The notes under the pieces are model-generated. The model had not been told where the DNA came from, searched no databases, and worked only from the letters and a program-made list of their open reading frames with translations. The translations under genes were made by a program, and so were the position numbers. Below, one piece after another: positions 24,758 to 31,040 of a stretch of DNA of 37,490 nt (positions within the stretch are counted from its first letter, which is position 1; every line of letters starts with the position of its first letter). Origin of the DNA: an uncultured Cytophagia bacterium. GTDB taxonomy: Bacteria > Zhuqueibacterota > Zhuqueibacteria > Residuimicrobiales > Krinioviventaceae. The DNA lies in contig CAYPZM010000004.1 in assembly GCA_964414825.1 (NCBI GenBank), forward strand, positions 1 through 37,490, written 5' to 3'.

Positions 24758-26533
24758 TTAGAAATAAAATAAATAAATCAAGGTGACGGACAAGGTGCCA
24801 ATAATAAGATTCATGGGAATGCCGATCTTTAAAAAGTCGGTGAATTTGTAACCTCCTGGGCCATAAACCATCAAATTCGTTTGGTATCCGATCGGCGTGG
24901 CAAAACTGGCGGACGCAGCAATGGCCAGAGCAATAAAAAAGGGCCGCGGATCCAGATCCGCCTGTTGAGTGATGGCGAGCGCCACAGGAAACACAAGCGC
25001 TGCTGCCGCGTTGTTGGTAATAATTTCAGTATAAATACTGGCAATGAGATAGGTACCGGCAAGCAGTCCGAGGGGACCAATGGTGCCCAGCAGCAAAATT
25101 AGCTTTTCCGCAAGAAAACCAGCCACGCCGGAATTGACCATGGCTTTGGAAATACCAAAAGCGGACGCGATTACCAAAAGTACGTTCCACTCGATACTTT
25201 TGCGCGCTTCTTCCGGCGAAATGCATTTACCCACCACCAACACAACGGACGCTAAACAGACCGCCACCAAAATGGGCAGCAGGCCGGTGGCCATTACCAA
25301 AATCATCGTCGACAACACTGCAAGCGAAAACCAGGAATACCATTGCGGTTTGGACGGGATGCCCGGAGTTTTGGTGACGAGATAAAAATCGCGAGAGTGA
25401 TACCATTTTTGCGTAAAATCGTGCTTGGCCAAAATGAGCAACGTATCGCCGCCGCGCAACACAATATCGCCGATTTTTTTTTGAATCCGTTCACCACTTC
25501 TGTGGATCGCCAGAATTACCGCATTATAACGCGTTCGAAACTGGCTGTTGCGCACATTGCGGCCAATGAGCGGCGAATTGGCGGAAATGACCACTTCAAA
25601 GGTGCCCATTTCATCCGAATTGTAGCTTTTCAAGTTGAATGAAGCATCTTTGATGATTGACAAGCCGTGTGTTTTCTGCAGCTCGATAATCGTATCGGGC
25701 AAGCCGGTAAAGAACAGGCGGTCGCCGAGCTGAATTCGTTCATTCGGGCCGACCGACACCATCAAATCCCTGTTGCGCTCTATTTGAAAAAGATACAATC
25801 CTTTCAAGTGCCGCAGTCCCGCTTCCTCAATCGTTTGACCGATGTGACGGTATTCGGGCTCGACTTTCATTTCCACGACAAATTCTCGAGTGTGCTCATC
25901 CAACTGAATGATGGGCGATTTACGATCGGGCAGCAACCGATGTCCAAATACAGCCACAAGAGTGATGCCGAAAATCGCAACGGGCACTCCCACTTTGGAG
26001 ATTTCGAAAAAAGAAAAGCCGGGCATACCGCTTTCGATCATGAGACCGTGCACCACCAAGGTCGTACTGGTGCCAATGAGCGTACAAATGCCGCCCAAAA
26101 TTGAAGCATAGGAGAGGGGAATCATAAATTTTGAAATCGAGTATTCATTTTTCCGCGTCCAGTTGCGGATAACCGGAATGAGCATGGCAACAATGGGGGT
26201 ATTGTTAAAAAATGCGGAAACCGCAGACACCGGAAACAGGAAGCGCAGCAATTTGGTTGATAGTCTGCCACCTTTGCTAAACAGGCGGTCGCCCACAGTG
26301 TTTAATACGCCGGTCTGCTGCAAAGCGGCGGCAACAATAAATAAAAACAGGACCGTAAGCATACCGTGGTTTGAAAATCCGGCAAATGCTTCTTCAACGG
26401 AAATGACGCCGCCAATGGTCAACAATATCAGTACCGAAAAGATGATGACGTCTGGCTCGAAAATTTCTCGTATTAAAAAAAACGTCATCAACAGAATAAG
26501 AACCGAGGTGTACAGAAACTCAAAGTCGATCAT
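24758..26533 (-). CDS. SLC13/DASS-type anion permease with two central TrkA-C (RCK_C) domains
   Basis: 591 aa. N- and C-terminal polytopic halves flank two RCK_C-like repeats (VEMKVEPEYRHIGQTIEEAGLR...GDRLFFTG and VVISANSPLIGRNVRNSQFRTRYNAVILAIHR..GDTLLILA). Confidence 0.85.
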   Translation of the reverse strand: MIDFEFLYTSVLILLMTFFLIREIFEPDVIIFSVLILLTIGGVISVEEAFAGFSNHGMLTVLFLFIVAAALQQTGVLNTVGDRLFSKGGRLSTKLLRFLFPVSAVSAFFNNTPIVAMLIPVIRNWTRKNEYSISKFMIPLSYASILGGICTLIGTSTTLVVHGLMIESGMPGFSFFEISKVGVPVAIFGITLVAVFGHRLLPDRKSPIIQLDEHTREFVVEMKVEPEYRHIGQTIEEAGLRHLKGLYLFQIERNRDLMVSVGPNERIQLGDRLFFTGLPDTIIELQKTHGLSIIKDASFNLKSYNSDEMGTFEVVISANSPLIGRNVRNSQFRTRYNAVILAIHRSGERIQKKIGDIVLRGGDTLLILAKHDFTQKWYHSRDFYLVTKTPGIPSKPQWYSWFSLAVLSTMILVMATGLLPILVAVCLASVVLVVGKCISPEEARKSIEWNVLLVIASAFGISKAMVNSGVAGFLAEKLILLLGTIGPLGLLAGTYLIASIYTEIITNNAAAALVFPVALAITQQADLDPRPFFIALAIAASASFATPIGYQTNLMVYGPGGYKFTDFLKIGIPMNLIIGTLSVTLIYLFYF

Positions 26534-26779
26534 TTGCGATTCCTATATAAATGCCAAAGGTGCTTGCGCTCGTAAAGTTCTGTCATCCTGGGCTTTCGCC
26601 CCGTCACTTACAGATAACTCCATCTGCACCACTGTTGGCCTTTGTAAAACGTGCCCTATTTCTTGCATATTGCGGAATTTGATTTCCCATACGCCAAAGG
26701 GGATCTGGAGGAAGTGTTTTTGACGGGGAATTCCCCCGTTTGTTAGAAAACATACCACAAACTCAAAGTTCAACGCGGT

Positions 26780-27286
26780 TCAAGCGATTTTTTCCAGCTT
26801 TACATTTTTGGCATTGAGCAGCACGGATTTACCAATCGATGAGATATGGATAACAAAATATCGTTCACCGCGTTCTTCCAATATCTGGCCTTCGTAATCC
26901 AATAAAAGGCCGCTGGAGATACGTACGTGATCGCCGGTCAGGAGTCCCGGCCGCACATCAAGCTCAAAATCGGTCGAAAGTAACATACGGATTCTTTCCA
27001 GCTCCGATTCCTGCACTGGCATGGGTTCATTGTTAAAACCAACAATTCGAACCACGCTGGGCACTTGGAGGACTTGAAAGCGATCGACATATTGAATTTC
27101 ACAAAAAATATAGCTGGGGAAAAGTGGAGCCTCTACCCAACGTTTGCGATCTTTCCACTGATTTAATGTTTTGCGCAATGGCAAATAGTGATGAATCCCG
27201 TAACCATCCAGATATGTTTTAACTTTTTTTTCATGCCGCGGTTTTGTAACAAAAGCATACCAACGTTTTTCGCGGTGAGAGATCAA
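26780..27286 (-). CDS. UpxY-like NusG-family transcription antiterminator (locus-specific NusG paralog)
   Basis: KRWYAFVTKPRHEKKVKTYL..HYLPL..LNQWKDRKRWVEAPLFPSYIFCEI is an NGN domain of the UpxY/RfaH type. KOW-like GDHVRISSGLLLDYEGQILE. TTG start at 27286 with GGAGGA 5 nt upstream. Not in a secE-nusG-rplK context. Confidence 0.75.
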   Translation of the reverse strand: MISHREKRWYAFVTKPRHEKKVKTYLDGYGIHHYLPLRKTLNQWKDRKRWVEAPLFPSYIFCEIQYVDRFQVLQVPSVVRIVGFNNEPMPVQESELERIRMLLSTDFELDVRPGLLTGDHVRISSGLLLDYEGQILEERGERYFVIHISSIGKSVLLNAKNVKLEKIA

Positions 27287-27415
27287 TACTTCCTCCTCAA
27301 TGTTGCTATTGGCTGTCGGTCAAACCCAAGAAATAGGAATATGTCAATACAAGCCAAAACGGTCAAGCTGACATGGTGCAAAATAACGTTCAACAGCAGA
27401 CAATCATCCGCTAAT

Positions 27416-29782
27416 TTATATTTTATCGCCCATACTTCGAGCTTTATTTTTCTTACGTTTACGATCACCATCGTCCGTGTAATAGTAATAATATTCATGG
27501 TGATAGTGCGCGCCATAAAAATTGGTCGAAGACACACCATTCAACAACAGACCAAGCAGAGGCGCTTCTACTCGCTTGAGCTGTTCGGCCGCCATAACAG
27601 CCGCACTGCGTTGCGTTTGAGCCGCGCGAACGACCAGAACGACGCCATCGACAAATCGCGCCAAGACCGATGGATCGGTCACGGCAATAACCGGCGGCGC
27701 ATCAATTAAAATGACTGAAAATTTTTCGCGAAGCTGATTCAATAACTCGCGCATACGTTCCGAGCCCAACAATTCCGCCGGATTTGGCGGATTGATTCCG
27801 CAGGTTAACAGATGCAAATTGGGGACTTGTTCAACGCGGGTAATAATCTCGGAGATATCTTTTTGGCCAACCAGCACATTGGTTAAGCCAGGCTGTTGGT
27901 CAACCTGAAATAGCTTGTCCAGCATGGGGCGCCGCAAATCCGCATCAATCAGCAGCGTGCTGGTACCCATTTGCGCAAAGGTAATAGCCAGATTAGCGAC
28001 CGAAGTGGACTTGCCTTCTCGCGGGCCGCTGCTGGTCATCAAAATGACGTGTTTTGGATTTTCCGGCGCCGTAAACAAGATATTTGTACGCAAGCTGCGA
28101 TAGGCTTCGGAAACCGGCGAGCGCGGTTTCAGGTGCGTTACCAGGCGTTCGTTAATGGCAAAGGCCTCGGGGTCCTGCATGCGAGCCAGCTTGCTCATGA
28201 TGCCGTTTTCGTGTTCAGGTTTGATATTGGGAATGGTGGCGATAAGCGTGGAACCGAGCGGCTCCAGGTCTTCCATGGTGCTAATGCTATCGTCCATATA
28301 ATCCATGGCAAAGGCAATGGCAACACCGAGCCCCAGACCCAATAATAGACCCAGAACCAGGTTTAATTTTTTCTTGGGCGCAATAGGTTCTTTGGGCGCT
28401 TTGGCCGCATCGATAATGCGCACATTGCCCAACTGACCCACTTCGGTAATACGAGATTCCTGGTATTTCTCCTGCAGCATGACGTACAGTTTTTCTGCTA
28501 CCTGCGACTGACGCGTTAATCGCGCTAATTGCAATTTTTTCGCTGGCAGCGTTTCCAGCTCGGCGTTATAATCTTGAACGATTCTGCCATAAATTTCAAC
28601 TTTGGGCTCTAGCGCCCGGATTTCCGTTTCAACTTCAATTTTGCTGCTGAACAACGAGCCGGAAATTTGCGCCGGATCGACAAATTGATTAGCGGCAATG
28701 GATTTCACATCTTCTTTAAACTGGTTTTTTAACGCATTAATTCGGCCTTGCAATGTTTCAATCTCTTTGCGCGTATAGCGCGTCTGCCCTTTTTGAATCG
28801 CTTCGGATTGATACATGGCCAGCCGCGCCTCTTGTTGGGCTATTTTTTTGGTAAACTCTTCCAGCGCTGTATTTTTAGAGATGGTTTCAATATCAAAATT
28901 TGCGTTTTGCGCGGCCAGTTCGGAATCGATGTATTCCAAACGCTGACGAGCGGCCTCCAAATCCGTGCGTGCGGCATTGTACAAGGTTTCAAACTCGGCA
29001 ATTTTGGAAACCAGCTCAGAGGTTTCCCGGTCCAAGGCCACAACATTTGCGGATTCCTGATACGCCTTGAGCTCCTCCTCCGAAGCTTTTAACTCGCGTT
29101 CGTATAATTCGGATTGTTCTTCCAAAAATTCTTTCAACTGGCGCACTTCGGCCTGGCTCTCTTCTTTATTGATATTTTCGTACACCTCGGCAATGGCATT
29201 GGCGACATAATAGGCTTCAAACGGATTGTTGGCTTTGAATTTTATTTCCATCATATCGGTATTGCGGATATGTCGCACGCTGGTGGCTTCCCGCAAATCC
29301 TTGACATTTTCATCAAAAACATCTTCTTCGGACCACTCTTCTTGGCCCCCAAACGCTACCAGTTTTGCCAGAGAAAAACCGTGCCTCACCGTATCAGCGC
29401 GTTCCAGGATTTCCAATCGATGCGCATAGGCCGATGTTTTGAGATTGCGAATGACACGTTCGGCCAGGGTTCGACTTTTAAGAATCTCCACCTGGTTGTT
29501 GATCATGGTTTCCTGCTGCATCATTGACGTAAAATCAAAAATTGATTGACTGACGCCATCCTGCCCTTCCAGCATCAAGCGCACACCCGCTTCGTAAACC
29601 GGCTCTTTGGTAAAGGTGAGGATCACGGCGCTAAAAAATACGACCACAAAAGTAACCAGAATAGCAAAGCGGCCTTTGTAAAACACGCGCATATAATCGC
29701 GCCAGGTCACGCGTCGTTCGGCCAACGACGAGCCGGTATATTGGCCATCTTCTTCGGAAGATTGTAATTTATAATCAGCCAT
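27416..29782 (-). CDS. wzc: Polysaccharide co-polymerase / BY-tyrosine autokinase (PCP-2a, Wzc/GumC-like)
   Basis: 788 aa. N-terminal Wzz-like domain with a TM helix (FAILVTFVVVFFSAVILTF), a long coiled-coil periplasmic region and a second TM helix. Cytoplasmic P-loop kinase (MTSSGPREGKSTSVANLA, LLIDADLRRP, VILIDAPP). C-terminal Tyr cluster YGAHYHHEYYYYYTDD. Confidence 0.9.
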   Translation of the reverse strand: MADYKLQSSEEDGQYTGSSLAERRVTWRDYMRVFYKGRFAILVTFVVVFFSAVILTFTKEPVYEAGVRLMLEGQDGVSQSIFDFTSMMQQETMINNQVEILKSRTLAERVIRNLKTSAYAHRLEILERADTVRHGFSLAKLVAFGGQEEWSEEDVFDENVKDLREATSVRHIRNTDMMEIKFKANNPFEAYYVANAIAEVYENINKEESQAEVRQLKEFLEEQSELYERELKASEEELKAYQESANVVALDRETSELVSKIAEFETLYNAARTDLEAARQRLEYIDSELAAQNANFDIETISKNTALEEFTKKIAQQEARLAMYQSEAIQKGQTRYTRKEIETLQGRINALKNQFKEDVKSIAANQFVDPAQISGSLFSSKIEVETEIRALEPKVEIYGRIVQDYNAELETLPAKKLQLARLTRQSQVAEKLYVMLQEKYQESRITEVGQLGNVRIIDAAKAPKEPIAPKKKLNLVLGLLLGLGLGVAIAFAMDYMDDSISTMEDLEPLGSTLIATIPNIKPEHENGIMSKLARMQDPEAFAINERLVTHLKPRSPVSEAYRSLRTNILFTAPENPKHVILMTSSGPREGKSTSVANLAITFAQMGTSTLLIDADLRRPMLDKLFQVDQQPGLTNVLVGQKDISEIITRVEQVPNLHLLTCGINPPNPAELLGSERMRELLNQLREKFSVILIDAPPVIAVTDPSVLARFVDGVVLVVRAAQTQRSAAVMAAEQLKRVEAPLLGLLLNGVSSTNFYGAHYHHEYYYYYTDDGDRKRKKNKARSMGDKI

Positions 29783-29819
29783 ACTTGTTCTTTCACTGCT
29801 CTTTTAGATAAAATGCCTA

Positions 29820-30320
29820 CTAATCACGCCGCGCATACCACTGCGCCAAATAGATTGCCTGCACAATCATGGCGATGCGAAATCCAAGCTCGAATATTTT
29901 GTTCACCAGGTGAAACGTGGTTCCGGAAACCACCACCGTATCTCCAGGCAGTAGCATGGGATTTTCTACAAGGTCGCCCGTGTCGACAAAATCTTTTACA
30001 TCCACATCAATAACCTGGCTGGTATCACCCTCGGCTTCAACACGCACGACTCGAATGCGTTTGATGCGCGCATCTTCGCGCGGGCCGCCGGCGTACGACA
30101 ACAGCGACACCAGGTCGGTTTCCAGCGGCACCATGTACTGTCCGGGAACGTTAACAAACCCCCAAACATTCACCGCCATTAGCACTTGATCTTGATTACC
30201 AAGGAAATATTGAGCGGCACGACCGGCATTGCCGGCGGAAGAAATGGCTTGTGCAAACGCTATTTGGTTAAACGCCCAAAAGATGCACACAATAAGAATA
30301 AATCTCGATGCCCGTTTCAT
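29820..30320 (-). CDS. Minimal outer-membrane polysaccharide export (OPX/Wza-like) protein: signal peptide, single SLBB domain, C-terminal hydrophobic helix
   Basis: Signal peptide MKRASRFILIVCIFWAFNQIAFAQA. SLBB-like VNVWGFVNVPGQYMVPLETDLVSLLSYAGGPRED...LLPGDTVVV. C-terminal IFELGFRIAMIVQAIYLAQWY. First gene of the EPS run, directly upstream of wzc. Confidence 0.65.
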   Translation of the reverse strand: MKRASRFILIVCIFWAFNQIAFAQAISSAGNAGRAAQYFLGNQDQVLMAVNVWGFVNVPGQYMVPLETDLVSLLSYAGGPREDARIKRIRVVRVEAEGDTSQVIDVDVKDFVDTGDLVENPMLLPGDTVVVSGTTFHLVNKIFELGFRIAMIVQAIYLAQWYARRD

Positions 30321-30393
30321 GAATAGGTCTTCCCCTATACTTTGCTAAAATCATTTATCTACAAGTATAGTATAAAAATGCGTATTCTGCAGA

Positions 30394-31038
30394 CTATCGC
30401 ATATCGATAACGTCGGCATCGGCAGGCACATCAAACTTGAAATCGCTGTTTGAAAGCGAAACCTCTGTATTGATATTATTAATCTCGAAAATGGTGGTAT
30501 TATCGTTTAAATCGACCTGTTCGATTTTGGTGATCAAATTGCTTTTTTCGCCGGTCCAAAGACGCAGACGATGTACAAAATGATCTCCGGTTTTGGAGGT
30601 GAGCAGCACCACAGTTTTATCATCAGTGCTGGCGGACTCATCAATTTGGGAATTGTATTCGCGGATATATTTATCCAAAAAATCTTTAATAAAGGGATTG
30701 TCGCTGGCCGCATTTTCAGCATAATCGACAATGACTTGATTGCTCTGCTTGTTCAGCGTCCACAAGGTTTTGCCATCCGTCACTATCACCTGTTCATCGG
30801 TTTCGATGCGAAACTTGTCGCCGCCCAGCGCACAAATTTTGCCGGAGATTTGTTGGGTTTCGCCAGTCATTTTCCAGTGAAATGTTTGCGTAAAATCCGC
30901 GCACACCTTTTCAAGCTTTTCGTAATTTTTTTGAACTTGATTAAGCAGCTTTTCCGAGCGCGCATCCGCCAAAACCAGGCTGGCGGCAAAAAGCAGCATC
31001 ACAACACCATATTTTATATAAAACATGCTTTTCCTCAT
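30394..31038 (-). CDS. lolA: Outer-membrane lipoprotein carrier protein LolA
   Basis: Signal peptide plus LolA-like pattern (LEKVCADFTQTFHWKMTGETQQISGKI...VTDGKTLW). Starts 2 nt after the ftsK stop, the conserved ftsK-lolA arrangement. Confidence 0.8.
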   Translation of the reverse strand: MRKSMFYIKYGVVMLLFAASLVLADARSEKLLNQVQKNYEKLEKVCADFTQTFHWKMTGETQQISGKICALGGDKFRIETDEQVIVTDGKTLWTLNKQSNQVIVDYAENAASDNPFIKDFLDKYIREYNSQIDESASTDDKTVVLLTSKTGDHFVHRLRLWTGEKSNLITKIEQVDLNDNTTIFEINNINTEVSLSNSDFKFDVPADADVIDMR

Positions 31039-31040
31039 AA

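Noticed and set aside
26560-26700. Riboswitch-like look of the leader (minus strand GACGGGGCGAAAGCCCAGG, reminiscent of the ACGCAAAGCC core of c-di-GMP-I elements)
   Set aside because: Only a short GNRA-type hairpin matches. I could not find the paired second helix or the conserved flanking nucleotides by eye. A covariance-model scan would be needed before any claim.
26543-26773. 76-aa ORF that almost exactly fills the UpxY-to-transporter spacer on the coding strand
   Set aside because: It has a TTG start with no Shine-Dalgarno, and its composition shows no recognisable motif, signal peptide or TM segment. An open frame of this length in one of three frames is not very improbable. I kept it as a possibility under the spacer finding but not as a feature. 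Ribo-seq or conservation analysis would decide.
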